DNA of 64,000 nt from an uncultured Verrucomicrobiae bacterium. GTDB lineage: Bacteria > Verrucomicrobiota > Verrucomicrobiia > Chthoniobacterales > Chthoniobacteraceae. This document shows, piece after piece, positions 38,482 through 50,472 of the stretch; within the stretch, counting starts at the first letter, position 1, and each line of letters opens with the position of its first letter. The notes under the pieces were generated by a model. It did not search any database, was not told the DNA's origin, and worked only from the letters and a program-made list of their open reading frames with translations. Made by a program: the position numbers and the translations under genes. Where the stretch lies: the NCBI GenBank assembly GCA_963769025.1, contig CAVYKI010000006.1:512001-576000 (forward strand), read 5' to 3'.

Positions 38482-38950
38482 GGAAATGTTTGTCTGTTCG
38501 CACTCAGTCCGGAGTGCCTGCGGGTCATTCGATCTTTTCCTCCCCGATGGATGCCGCATGGACTGCGGGAATGCCTCCGGGCAGACGGGACTGGCGTCGG
38601 GGTTGCCCCCGCCATTCCTCGCCGCAAGGGTGATTGCCTTGGCGAGTGCGCCGAAGTCCTGCTCCTGCTGTCTGCGGGGAGCACGCTTCCGACGCTTCAC
38701 GTTGGATCACTGGTTGTGCCCAGCCATCATGTGGTGTGGAAAAAAGGAAAGATTGCGCCGCGGCCGTGAGGTTTTACTGACGTCGCTTAAGACTGGCCCG
38801 TTCAGTCGGGGAGACCGAAACCGCTGACGCGATCGAACAGGCGCAAGAACGCAGATGGCACGGGGAACGTCAACCTGAATCTTCGCCGCGAGCGGGATTT
38901 GATTGCCCCGGCGCGTTCTTTCCAAAATGGTGCGCACCCTTTTCCACAAA

Positions 38951-41216
38951 ATGTCCGACCCCGTCATCACCAAGGAACTCATCGCAAAGCACGGCCTCAC
39001 CGACGAGGAGTATGCCCGCATCCAGGGCATCCTCGGGCGCGATCCGAACATCACGGAGCTGGGCGTGTTCTCGGTGATGTGGAGCGAGCATTGCAGCTAC
39101 AAGAACACGAAGCGCGAGCTGCGGAAATTCCCGACGACGGGGCCGCTGGTGCTCGTGAAGGCGGGCGAGGAAAATGCGGGCGTGATCGACATCGGCGACG
39201 GGTGGGCGGTGGCGTTCAAGATGGAGTCGCACAATCACCCGAGCGCCATCGAGCCGTTCCAGGGCGCGGCGACGGGCGTGGGCGGAATCATCCGCGACAT
39301 TTTCACGATGGGCGCGCGGCCGGTGTTCTCGCTGGACTCGCTGCGCTTCGGGCCGATCCACGGCGACACGGCGCAGCACAAGTGGAACCGCTCGCGCTTC
39401 GCGGGCGTGGTGAGCGGCATCGCGCACTACGGGAATTGCATCGGCGTGCCGACCATCGGCGGCGAGGTGTTTTTCGACGAGAGCTACAATGGCAATCCGC
39501 TCGTGAATGTGTTCTGCCTCGGCATCCTGCGGCACGAGCAGATCGCGCGCGGCGCGGCGAAGGGCGTGGGCAATCCGGTTTTCTACGTCGGCGCGGAGAC
39601 GGGGCGCGACGGGCTCGCGGGCGCGGCGTTCGCCTCGCGCGATCTCACGGAGGAGAGCAAGCAGGACCGGCCCGCGGTGCAGGTGGGCGATCCGTTCCGC
39701 GAAAAGCTGCTGCTGGAGGCGTGCCTCGAATTGCTCGCGACCGATGCTGTCGCGGGCATCCAGGACATGGGCGCGGCGGGCCTCACGTGCTCGACTTGCG
39801 AGACGGCGAGCCGCGGCGGCACGGGCGTGGAAATCGACCTCGCGAAGGTGCCGCAGCGCGAGACGGGCATGACGCCCTACGAGACGCTGCTGAGCGAATC
39901 GCAGGAGCGCATGCTCATCATCGTGAAGAAGGGCCACGAGCAGACCGTGGTGGACATCTTTGAAAAGTGGGATCTGCCTTACGCCGAGGTCGGCGTGGTG
40001 AAGGACGACGGCATGATGCGCGTGCTCGATCACGGCAAGCTCGCCGTGGAAATTCCGGCCGCGAAACTCGCCGACGACGCGCCGCTTTACTCGCGGGAGT
40101 GGAAGGCGCGCCCGGAGCCCGCGCCGCTCGATTTTTCAAAGCTCGCCGCCGTGGACGAAAAGGCCGCGCTGCTCGCGCTGCTCGCGCATCCGACCATCGC
40201 GAGCAAGCAGTGGGTGTGGCGTCAATACGATCACATGGTGCGCCTCGGCTGCGCGGTGCTGCCGGGCAGCGACGCCGCGGTGTTCATCGTGCGCGAGGCG
40301 AACAAGATTCTCGCCGCGACGAGCGACTGCAATTCGCTCTACGTGCTGCAGGACCCGCGCGAGGGCGCGCGCATCGCCATCGCCGAGGCCGCGCGGAATC
40401 TCACGTGCAGCGGCGCGCGCCTGCTCGCGGTGACGGACAACCTCAACTTTGCCAACCCGCACAATCCCGAGCTGTTCTGGCAGCTCCGCGAGAGCGTCGA
40501 GGGACTCGCCGAGGGCTGCCGCGAATTCGGCACGCCGGTCACGGGCGGCAACGTGTCGCTCTACAACCAGAGCCCCGCGGGCCCCATCGATCCCACGCCG
40601 ACCGTCGGCATGGTCGGCATCATCGACGACGCGAAGCACATCACCACGCAGGCGTTCAAGTCCGCGGGTGACGTCATCATCCTCGCCGGCCCGGTGCTCG
40701 ATCCCGCCGCAGGCGATCTCTCACTCGGCGCGTCGCACTACATGAAAGTCGTCCACGGCCAAAAGGCCGGCCGCACGCCGCGCCTGTCGTTCGATTTGGA
40801 AAAGCGCGTGCAGGCCGCCGTGCTCGGCCTCATCCGCGACGGCCTCGTGAAGAGCGCGCACGATTGCAGCGAAGGCGGCCTCGCCGTCGCGCTCGCGGAA
40901 AGCTGCATCGGCGGAAAACTCGGCGCAACCGTCGAGCTGCCCAGCGGCCCCGCGCTCGACAAATATCCCGCGCACGCCGCCCGCGCCGCGCTGCTCTTCG
41001 GCGAAAGCCAGAGCCGCATCATCCTCGGCAGTCGCCCCCGAAAACGCCGACCGCGTCCTCGCCGCCCTCGCCGCCGCCAAGATCCCGCACAGCCGACTCG
41101 GCACCGTTGGCGGCGACCAACTGAGCATCACCGCCCACGGCGTCACGCTCGCGTCACCGCTCGCGGAAGTGAGCGATCCGTTCGAGCACAGCATCGAGCG
41201 GGCGATGGAGGGGTGA
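38951..41216 (+). CDS. purL: Phosphoribosylformylglycinamidine synthase subunit PurL (small type); +1 frameshift near 41027
   Basis: [54 protein letters not shown]. The natural C-terminus (VAPENADRV...RLGTVGGD...AMEG*) is in the +1 frame. Confidence 0.95.
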
Positions 41217-41343
41217 GGGTTGAGGAAGCGCGTGCATTTTCATCCGTAATGCAGCCAGCGCGGAGACAATCGAGCGCCGGAAAAGAAACGGCCACGGCGT
41301 CTGAGATACCGTGGCCGTTCGTTTGAAATGATGAAAGTGCGCG

Positions 41344-41842
41344 CTACCCGAGCACCTTGTTCCACTTGTCGAGGTTCGCCTTTTGCGCGGCGAAGAGTTC
41401 GTCGGTGGAGTCGAGCACTTCGATGCCGGAGATGGTGTCGCCCTGCGCGATCTTGTTCACGACGTCCTGGCCTTTCGTGACTTCGCCGAAGACGGCGTGC
41501 TTGCCGTCAAGGTGCGGAGTGGGGCCGTGGGTGATGAAAAACTGGCTGCCGTTCGTGCGCGGGGCCGGCGTTGGCCATCGAGAAGATGCCGGGCTTCGAG
41601 TGCTTGAGCGACTTGTCGATCTCGTCGGCGAACTTGTAGCCGGGGCCTCCCGCGCCGGTACCGGTCGGGTCGCCGCCCTGGATCATGAAGTTCGCGATGA
41701 CGCGGTGGAACTTGATGCCGTCGTAGTAACCGCGCTTGGCGAGGTTGAGGAAACTGGCGGAGGTCATGGGCACTTTGCTGGCGAAGATGGTGGCTTCGAT
41801 GTTGCCCTTGCTGGTTTTGAGGATGAGGCGAATGTCGGACAT
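41344..41842 (-). CDS. Cytoplasmic cyclophilin-type peptidyl-prolyl isomerase; +1 frameshift near 41562
   Basis: [22 protein letters not shown], then [11 protein letters not shown]...[10 protein letters not shown] in the shifted frame. Confidence 0.92.
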
Positions 41843-42044
41843 AAGGGCGCGGAAACTGGACGGTGCGCCGAATGCGCGCAAGCGATTTGCGAGGGTGGAC
41901 GCAGACGACTGCGAGCGGAGCTCCACCTTTTCCGCTGCGTTGCCAGCGCCCTCCGGCGCTGACCTTCGGCTGTCTTTCTCACTGCGCGCGAATCCGCTCC
42001 ATTCTCCGCGTGACACGAATCGCGTCGCGTGTATTCCTCGATTC

Positions 42045-42633
42045 ATGAAGATTTTCTCCGCCGCCCTGCTCGCTCTCACACTCGCAGCCACCTTCAGCGT
42101 CCGCTCCTTCGCGGCGGATGAGAAGAAGGCCGCATGACGAAGTCGCCGTGATCAAAACCAACGAAGGCACGATGGTGCTCGAGTTTTGGTCGGACGTCGC
42201 GCCGAAGCATGTCGAGAATTTCAAGACGCTCGCGAAAAAGGGATTCTATGACGGCACCGCTTTTCACCGCGTCATCAAGGGCTTCATGATCCAGGGCGGC
42301 GACCCGCTGACGAAGGACGACGCACAGCAGGCGCGCTGGGGCACGGGCGACCCCGGCTACAAGATCAAGGCGGAGTTCAACGACAAGGCGCACGTGCGTG
42401 GCGTCCTCAGTGCGGCGCGTTCGCAGGATCCGGATTCGGCTGGCAGCCAGTTCTTCATCTGCCACGGCGATCCGCGGTTCCTCGACAAGCAGTACACCGC
42501 CTATGGAAAGCTGATCAAGGGCGACGACGTGCTGGAGAAGATCGCGACGACCGAGACCGCTCCTGGCGACCGACCGGTGAAGAAGATGGTCGTCGAGTCC
42601 ATCACGATCGTCCCGCGCAGCGAGGTGAAGTAG
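42045..42633 (+). CDS. Exported cyclophilin-type peptidyl-prolyl isomerase; +1 frameshift near 42130
   Basis: Signal peptide [10 protein letters not shown]...SFA, then [31 protein letters not shown]. Confidence 0.92.
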
Positions 42634-42654
42634 CGCGGCGCGCGAAACCAATCA

Positions 42655-42689
42655 GCGCCGGCGCGAGTAAAACCGCCGGCGCGCTTTTT
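42655..42689 (+). terminator. Putative intrinsic terminator
   Basis: GCGCCGGCG-10 nt loop-CGCCGGCGC followed by gcTTTTT, just after the PPIase stop. Confidence 0.55.
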
Positions 42690-42725
42690 CATCCCGTCAA
42701 AAAGTCACCGCGACCCGCAACGACC

Positions 42726-43604
42726 ATGTCGAAAGTCACTCTTGGCCTCGTCCAGACAGCCGTCGGTCCTGATCCGAGGGCGAATCTTGAGAAGGCGATC
42801 GCAAAGACCATCGAGGCCGCGAAGGCTGGCGCGCAGATCGTCTGTTTGCAGGAGCTTTTCCGCAGCCAGTACTTTTGCCAGGTCGAGGATCACAAATACT
42901 TCGCGCTGGCCGAGGCGATTCCCGGGCCGAGCACGGAGGCGTTTTGCAAGGTCGCAAAGGAACACGGTGTCGTGATTGTTGCGTCGCTGTTCGAGAAACG
43001 CGCGGCGGGGCTGTATCACAACACCGCGGCGATCATCGATGCCGACGGGACCTACCTCGGGAAATACCGGAAGATGCACATCCCGGACGATCCGCTCTTT
43101 TACGAGAAGTTCTATTTCACGCCGGGCGATCTCGGCTTCCGCGCGTGGCAGACGAAGTTTGGAAAAATCGGCGTCTGCGTGTGCTGGGACCAGTGGTATC
43201 CCGAGGCCGCGCGGCTCACGGCGATGCAGGGCGCGCAGATCCTTTTTTATCCGACGGCCATCGGCTGGCACCCGTCGGAGAAGGCGCAGCACGGTGTGCG
43301 GCAGCATTCGTCGTGGGAGACAATCCAGCGCGCGCATGCGATCGCGAACGGCTGCTACGTCGCCGCCGTGAACCGCGTGGGCCACGAGGCGCCCGATGGC
43401 GGCCCCGGCTTGGAATTCTGGGGCCAGAGCTTTGTCGCGGATCCCGCCGGGCAGATTTTGCAACGCGCGAGCGTGGACAAGGAGGAGATACTGCTTGTCG
43501 AGGCGGACCTCGACGCCGTGGATACTCAGCGAACGCACTGGCCGTTCCTGCGCGACCGGCGCATTGATGCTTACGACCAAATCACGAAACGCTACCTGGA
43601 CTAA
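42726..43604 (+). CDS. aguB: Carbon-nitrogen hydrolase, probable N-carbamoylputrescine amidase
   Basis: LQELF, YRKMHIPDDP, YEKFYF, CWDQWYPE, YPTAIG; adjacent to agmatine deiminase. Confidence 0.88.
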   Translation: MSKVTLGLVQTAVGPDPRANLEKAIAKTIEAAKAGAQIVCLQELFRSQYFCQVEDHKYFALAEAIPGPSTEAFCKVAKEHGVVIVASLFEKRAAGLYHNTAAIIDADGTYLGKYRKMHIPDDPLFYEKFYFTPGDLGFRAWQTKFGKIGVCVCWDQWYPEAARLTAMQGAQILFYPTAIGWHPSEKAQHGVRQHSSWETIQRAHAIANGCYVAAVNRVGHEAPDGGPGLEFWGQSFVADPAGQILQRASVDKEEILLVEADLDAVDTQRTHWPFLRDRRIDAYDQITKRYLD

Positions 43605-44750
43605 TGGGAAACGCCAAATCGATGAAGGAGGCGCCGGCCGTTCCGGCAGCGCGCGGCTACCGCATGCCTGCGGAATGGGAGCCGCCATGCCGCGACGTGG
43701 CTCTCGTGGCCGCGTCGCAAGGGGATCAGCTTTCCCGGCAAGGGGGCGTACGACAAGGCGATGCTCGCCATTGCAAAAATGGTCCACGCGCTGGCGGACT
43801 CGGAACCCGTGAATATCAACGTGTGCGATGCCGCGCACGAGGCCGACGTGCTGAAAACGTTGACGAAGGTCGGCGCGAATCACTCGCATGTCACCTTTCA
43901 CCACATTGAGAGCAACGAGCCGTGGTGCCGCGATCACGGGCCGATTTTCGTGACGCGCGACGAGGCGCCGAAATCGCTTGTGCTCGACTGGGGTTACAAC
44001 GCGTGGGGCTTCAAGTATCCGCCGTTTGACGACGACGATTACGTGCCGACGGCGGTGGCGGAAAAACTCGGCCTGCCGGTGGAATATCCCGGCATGGTCT
44101 TGGAAGGTGGTTCGATCGACGTGAATGGCGAAGGCGTGCTGCTCACGACGCGGAGCTGTCTGCTGAATCCGAATCGCAATCCCGACTTGAAACAGGCGCA
44201 GATCGAACAGCGCCTCCGCGATTTTCTCGGCGTGCGCGAGATCCTGTGGCTCGGCGACGGCATCGAGGGCGACGACACCGACGGGCACATCGACGACATC
44301 GCGCGTTTTGTAAGCCCCGACACGATCGTGTGCGCCATCGAGGAGGACGAGGCGGATTCCAATTACGAGGCGCTCAAGGCGAATCACGACTACCTCGCCG
44401 GCCTCACGTGCGAGCCGGAATCCGATCGCGCACGGGATGATGAAGCGGCTGGTGAAGATGAAGCGGCAGGCGAGGACGACGGCATGCCCTCGCGGTTCCA
44501 GGTCGTGAAGCTGCCGATGCCCCGCAAGCTCGTCCGCGACGGCCAGCGGCTCCCGGCGAGCTATGCGAATTTTTACATCGGCAACAAAGTCGTGTTGCTC
44601 CCGACTTTCGCGGACACGAACGACCGGTGGGCCGCCGCGATCCTCGAGAAGGCGTTTCCCGGACGGAAAGTGATCGGGATCGACTGCCGGGAACTCATCT
44701 GGGGCCTCGGCGCGTTCCATTGCCTCACGCAGCAGCAGCCTGCGGTGTAG
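43604..44750 (+). CDS. aguA: Agmatine deiminase; +1 frameshift near 43686
   Basis: RMPAEWEP, then HAATWLSWP, WCRDHGP, LEGGSIDVNG, DDTDGHIDD, ASYANF, GAFHCLTQQQP. Confidence 0.92.
44439..44474 (+). repeat. Two imperfect 18-nt in-frame units (DEAAGE x2)
   Basis: gatgaagcggctggtgaa / gatgaagcggcaggcgag. Confidence 0.8.
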
Positions 44751-44764
44751 CGCACGGGTTTGCG

Positions 44765-46021
<1,257 letters not shown>

Positions 46022-46038
46022 CGCTACGGTCCCGGCGC

Positions 46039-47199
46039 ATGAAGCTCTCCGCCTGCCTTGCCGGTCTGTTCGTCGTCGCGCTCGCGCACGCGCAGAACCT
46101 GCCGGATCCGGTGCCTGCGAAAGGCGAGGGTGAGCCTGCCTCCGGTGCCCCCGGCAAACCGGCGGATGCTCCCGAACCTGGACCGCGGCAGCTTTCATCC
46201 CGTGAGGCCGCCGACGCCGTCGGAGAGGATGAATTGCGCCAGATCGTGGATATCCTTCGCGACAATTATCTGCATCCGGATGCGCTCACCGACACCGCCC
46301 TTGCGCGTGCCGGACTTCAGGGGCTCCTCGAACGCCTCGGCGCGGGTGCGCGCATCTTTACCGCAGGCAAAAGGATGGAGCACCGCTCAGCGTTGTTTCG
46401 TTCCGAAATCATCACCGGCGACGTCGGCTATGTCCGTCTCGGAGCACTGACGATCGAGAACATCGCGGCGCTCGACGGCGCGCTGGAGGGCTTCGCCGCA
46501 AAGGCGCCGCCCGCGCTGGTATTCGACCTGCGCTCCACGCCGCACAGCACGGACTTTGAACTCGCGGCCGAGTGCTGCCGGCGCTTCGCGCCGAAGGGCC
46601 GGGTGCTCTTTTCAATCAAGCGCCCGAAGGCAAACGACGAGGAAATCCTGACCTCACGCGACGACCCGCGCTGGCGCGGCCTGCTCGTCGTGCTTGTGGA
46701 CGGCGACACCGCGGGATCGGGCGAGGTCGTCGCGGCGGTGCTGCGGACGCACTTGCGGGCCTACGTGATCGGCCAGCAGACGAAGGGCGAAGCTGCGCAA
46801 TTTGAGGAATTGCCACTGGGGGGCGGGCGTGTGTTGCGCGTGGCGATCGGCGAGGTCACGCTGCCGGATGCCACGCCGGTTTTCCCCGGCGGCCTCACAC
46901 CGGATCTCGTCGTAAATGTGTCACAGGAAATGACGGACGAGGTGCTCCAGCTTGCGATGAACGCCGGCGGGGTCGGGCCGCTCGTATCGGAAAAGCCGCG
47001 CGCCCGTATGAACGAGGCCGCCTTGATCGCCGGGACGAATCCCGAACTCGATGAAATGCAGGCATCCCTCAAGCTCCGGGCGCAAGGGCAGGAACCGGTG
47101 AAACTCCCGCGGGACGAGGCTCTGCAGCGTGCGCTCGATTTCATCACCACCATCCGCGTTTACGAGAGCCGCGAGAGCGCCGTTTCGGACAAGCGATAG
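46039..47199 (+). CDS. S41 (CtpA/Prc) family peptidase-like protein, likely inactive
   Basis: VGYVRLG, LVFDLR, LVVLVDGDTAGSGE, IGQQTKGE, GLTPD and D.ALQRALD motifs. Confidence 0.8.
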   Translation: MKLSACLAGLFVVALAHAQNLPDPVPAKGEGEPASGAPGKPADAPEPGPRQLSSREAADAVGEDELRQIVDILRDNYLHPDALTDTALARAGLQGLLERLGAGARIFTAGKRMEHRSALFRSEIITGDVGYVRLGALTIENIAALDGALEGFAAKAPPALVFDLRSTPHSTDFELAAECCRRFAPKGRVLFSIKRPKANDEEILTSRDDPRWRGLLVVLVDGDTAGSGEVVAAVLRTHLRAYVIGQQTKGEAAQFEELPLGGGRVLRVAIGEVTLPDATPVFPGGLTPDLVVNVSQEMTDEVLQLAMNAGGVGPLVSEKPRARMNEAALIAGTNPELDEMQASLKLRAQGQEPVKLPRDEALQRALDFITTIRVYESRESAVSDKR

Positions 47200-47348
47200 C
47201 ACTCGCCGGAGTTCCGGCGCGCGGTCCCGAACCGGCTCAGGGTGAACGCTGCGCATCCGCCCAAAGCGACTCACGCGAGGAGTGCTTCTCCTGCCCATTC
47301 CCAAAATCCTCCCGTCACCGCTCGGCTGCAGGCAGCCGTGCAGCAGAC

Positions 47349-47432
47349 TACCGACGGAGGGGCTCGAACCCACACATCCTTGCGGATACCAGATTTTGAG
47401 TCTAGCGCGTCTGCCAATTCCGCCACGTCGGC
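47349..47432 (-). tRNA. tRNA-Leu(CAA)
   Basis: Reverse complement GCCGACGTGGCGGAATTGGCAGACGCG-CTAGA CT CAA AA TCTGG-ATCCGCAAGGAT arm-GTGGGTTCGAGCCCCTC-CGTCGGTA; CCA not encoded. Confidence 0.95.
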
Positions 47433-47687
47433 TTATCTTTTGAGGACGACATCGATTCGTTTCGAGCCACCCGCGAAGCTGTGAAACGTCGCGCCGGCAG
47501 GAAGCTTGTCAGAACGGCATCCGTCAACGCGGGAGACTTGAGGTGGTCTCTGATTCGCGCAAGCGGAAAGTTTCTGCCCTCCGGTTGTGTGGCGCGCAGC
47601 GCTTCATGCGGAGACCGGCGACGTATAGGCTGCTCAGCGGGGCATCTGCTGAGCGAAGGGAAGTGCGGTGCGGAAGCGATCCGAGGC

Positions 47688-48026
47688 CTATTTTTGTTCG
47701 CGGGTTTCTTTCGCTTTCTGTTCGAGTTCCTTCGCCGTCTGTTTTCCCGACTCGCGAACATTTTCAGCCGTCTGCTCGGCAGCTTTTTTGTCCGCTTCCG
47801 CACGGGCGGTGGCGGAATCCTTGGCAGCTTCGGCGTCCTTGGCTGCCTGTTTTTCCAGATTGGCCGCATCGGCCTTTGCATCCTTGCGGACGCTGTCGGC
47901 CTTGTTTTCGAGCGCGTCGGCCTTGCTCTCCAGCGCTTCCTTGCGGCTCGATTCGACTTTGGAATCACAGGCCGTAAGCCCGAGCATGCTGACAGTGATG
48001 GCGGTGAGTGCGATGAGGGTTTTCAT
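47688..48026 (-). CDS. Small Ala/Lys/Glu-rich lipoprotein (stress-protein-like helical repeats)
   Basis: Lipobox LTAC after a hydrophobic leader; repeated KADA/LEK units. Confidence 0.8.
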   Translation of the reverse strand: MKTLIALTAITVSMLGLTACDSKVESSRKEALESKADALENKADSVRKDAKADAANLEKQAAKDAEAAKDSATARAEADKKAAEQTAENVRESGKQTAKELEQKAKETREQK

Positions 48027-48194
48027 GGGGTGCATTTTCGTTGAAATCGTGCTCGGCGGGTGTGGTGGACGTATGGCGCGGCATCCTTCTGCAAATGGGA
48101 GCAGCCGTCGCGTGGGTGCGGCGCGAATCGGAAAGCATGAAAAGGGTATCCAGAATTTGCCGCAGACGCGCCCTCGCCCGTTCGAGCGAAGGTT

Positions 48195-48210
48195 CGGCCT
48201 GCGGATCGCA
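48195..48210 (+). promoter_or_regulatory. Possible sigma54 promoter
   Basis: CGGCCTGCGGATCGCA (GG-N10-GC), ~45 nt before ATG 48255. Confidence 0.4.
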
Positions 48211-48254
48211 ATCCACTGCCACCGCTTACCCGAAAAACTGACGCGTCCTCGCCC

Positions 48255-48740
48255 ATGCGCTCACGATCCAAGCTCTCCAAATCAAGGTTCTCTTCGACCT
48301 TCACGCGGATCGCGCAGTGGTGCGCGACGATGGCGGGCCGCCCCGTGGCGTTCGCGATCGCAGCCGGAATGATACTCATCTGGCTGATCGCCGGACCCAT
48401 TTTCGCGTTCAGCGACACGTGGCAGCTCATCATCAACACGAGCACCACCATCATCACGTTCCTGATGGTCTTCCTCATCCAGAACAGCCAGAACCGCGAC
48501 ACCCGGGCGATCCAGATCAAGCTGGACGAGTTGATCCGCGCGACCCAAGGGGCGCATGTCGCGTTGCTGGATCTCGAGGAACTTTCCGAGGAGGACTTGG
48601 CGAAGATTCGGGACGATTATGAGCGCCTTGCGAAACTCGCGCGTGAACAACTCGCGAAAGGCCGGAGCGACACCGATTCTCCCGAGATCGAGCACGGGCG
48701 CGTGAAGGCAACCACTTCACGAAAGCCGCGGGGCAAATAG
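48255..48740 (+). CDS. Low-affinity iron permease (Fet4-domain) family protein
   Basis: FSDTWQLIINTSTTIITFLMVFLIQNSQNRDTRAIQIKLDELIRA. Confidence 0.92.
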   Translation: MRSRSKLSKSRFSSTFTRIAQWCATMAGRPVAFAIAAGMILIWLIAGPIFAFSDTWQLIINTSTTIITFLMVFLIQNSQNRDTRAIQIKLDELIRATQGAHVALLDLEELSEEDLAKIRDDYERLAKLAREQLAKGRSDTDSPEIEHGRVKATTSRKPRGK

Positions 48741-48845
48741 GCGTTCCGAACCGAGTGACATTCATCGGGTTCCCCCTTACATGGGGTGAGTGTTCCAGCG
48801 GGGCGGTTGCCCCAACGGAAGCACCAATCGCTCAACTCCATCCCC

Positions 48846-50387
48846 ATGAAATACATCGCCCTCCTCCTGTCGCTCTGCATCGCCGCATCCTCATCCGCCG
48901 AGGAGAAGCGCCGTCCGAATATCCTGTTCATCCTCGTGGACGACCAGTCGCCGTTTGATTTCAAATTCTACAACCCCAAATCGCCGCTTCAGTCGCCGAA
49001 CATCGACCGCCTTGCGGCGGAGGGCATGGTGCTCGACAGCGCGTATCACATGGGCTCCTTCAGCGGCGCGGTCTGCACTCCGTCGCGGCACATGATCATG
49101 ACCGGACGCACGGTGTGGCACCTGCCGATCGGACCCGGGGCGAAGGCACATTGCCCGCCCGGCATCGCGCAGAACACGATTCCCGCCGTTTTCAACCGCG
49201 CCGGATACGCCACGATGCGCACGTGCAAGCGAGGCAACAGCTACGAGGATGCGAACAAGCTATTCACCGTGCGGCACGATGCGGAAAAGCGCGGAAGCAC
49301 GGAGGAGTCGGGCAGCGCCTGGCATGCGGATCAGGTCCTGAACTACCTGAACGACCGGGAGACATCCAAGGATGCCAAACCGTTCCTGATCTACTTCGGA
49401 TTTTCGCATCCGCACGACACGCGCGACGGCAAGCCGGAGCTGCTCGCGCGCTACGGCGCCGTCAATCACACCGACAAAAACGCCCTGCCGCCTGCAAATC
49501 CGAAGCTTCCCGCTCTTCCCGCGAACTGGCTGCCCGCGAAGCCGTTTCCCGATGGCCATCCGGGTCTGCGCGATGAGACGACCGTCAGCGGCGTGTGGGA
49601 AAAGCGTGATGAGCGCACCATCCGCAATGAACTCGGCCGCGAATACGCATGCAGCGAGAACATCGACATCCAGCTCGGCCGCGTGCTGGAGAAGCTCAAG
49701 GCGATGGGCGAACTGGACAACACCTACATTTTCTACACTTCCGACCATGGCATCGCGATCGGACGACACGCGTTCCAAGGGAAGCAGAATCTCTACGAGC
49801 ACACATGGCGCGTGCCATTTGTCGTGAAGGGGCCCGGCATCAAGCCGGGATCGCGCGCGGAGGGAAACATCTACCTGCTCGATGTGCTCGCCACGCTGTG
49901 CGACCTCACCGGTGTTCCTGCGCCGGAGAGCAACGAGGGCATCAGCTTCAAGCCGGTGCTGACTGGCCAGAAGCCCGCGGTGCGCGATGTCCTCTACGGC
50001 GTTTACAACGGTGGCACCAAACCCGGAATGCGCAGCGTGAAACAGGGGGACTGGAAATTGATCCAGTACGATGTGATGAACGGCGCCGTGCGCGAAACCC
50101 AGTTGTTCAATCTCAAGGATAACCCGGAGGAATTTCTCGCCGAGCATCACGACCCCAAGGTGACGGCATTGACCGGCGCAAAGCCCACGAGCGGACAGGT
50201 CAATCTCGCCAGCGACCCGCGCCACGCCGTCAAGTTGGCTGAGATGCAGGGGCTCCTGCTCGCCGAAATGCGCCGCCTCAACGACCCGTGGCGATTGTGG
50301 AACCAACCCGCCGACGGGCTCACGCCGCCACCCGAGGGTCCGCTCTCCGGGCAGGGCAGGGGCAAGGGTGCAAAAAAGCAGAAGTGA
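48846..50387 (+). CDS. Sulfatase (S1, Cys-type)
   Basis: PNILFILVDD, CTPSR, TSDHG and GKQNLYE motifs. Confidence 0.93.
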   Translation: MKYIALLLSLCIAASSSAEEKRRPNILFILVDDQSPFDFKFYNPKSPLQSPNIDRLAAEGMVLDSAYHMGSFSGAVCTPSRHMIMTGRTVWHLPIGPGAKAHCPPGIAQNTIPAVFNRAGYATMRTCKRGNSYEDANKLFTVRHDAEKRGSTEESGSAWHADQVLNYLNDRETSKDAKPFLIYFGFSHPHDTRDGKPELLARYGAVNHTDKNALPPANPKLPALPANWLPAKPFPDGHPGLRDETTVSGVWEKRDERTIRNELGREYACSENIDIQLGRVLEKLKAMGELDNTYIFYTSDHGIAIGRHAFQGKQNLYEHTWRVPFVVKGPGIKPGSRAEGNIYLLDVLATLCDLTGVPAPESNEGISFKPVLTGQKPAVRDVLYGVYNGGTKPGMRSVKQGDWKLIQYDVMNGAVRETQLFNLKDNPEEFLAEHHDPKVTALTGAKPTSGQVNLASDPRHAVKLAEMQGLLLAEMRRLNDPWRLWNQPADGLTPPPEGPLSGQGRGKGAKKQK

Positions 50388-50472
50388 TGATTTCCGCCGT
50401 GCTGCCGATGATGCGCCGCCCGCGGTTTGCATTCCCTTTGCCCGGACGGAGAGCCCGGTTGCATACTGAGCA

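Noticed and set aside
38846..38861. TGGCACG upstream of purL as a sigma54 promoter
   Set aside because: The -12 position reads GT rather than GC.
42133..42137. TGA after the PPIase signal peptide as selenocysteine or readthrough
   Set aside because: The downstream domain is in a different frame, so readthrough would not join them.
41027..43690. Programmed frameshifting or pseudogenisation of purL, the PPIases and aguA
   Set aside because: No shared slippery motif, all are +1 single-base events, and the genes are otherwise intact, so sequencing error is more parsimonious.
47200..47690. tRNA-Leu as an integration site for the downstream accessory region
   Set aside because: The accessory genes lie on the tRNA 5' side, and I found no integrase or duplicated tRNA 3' end in the window.
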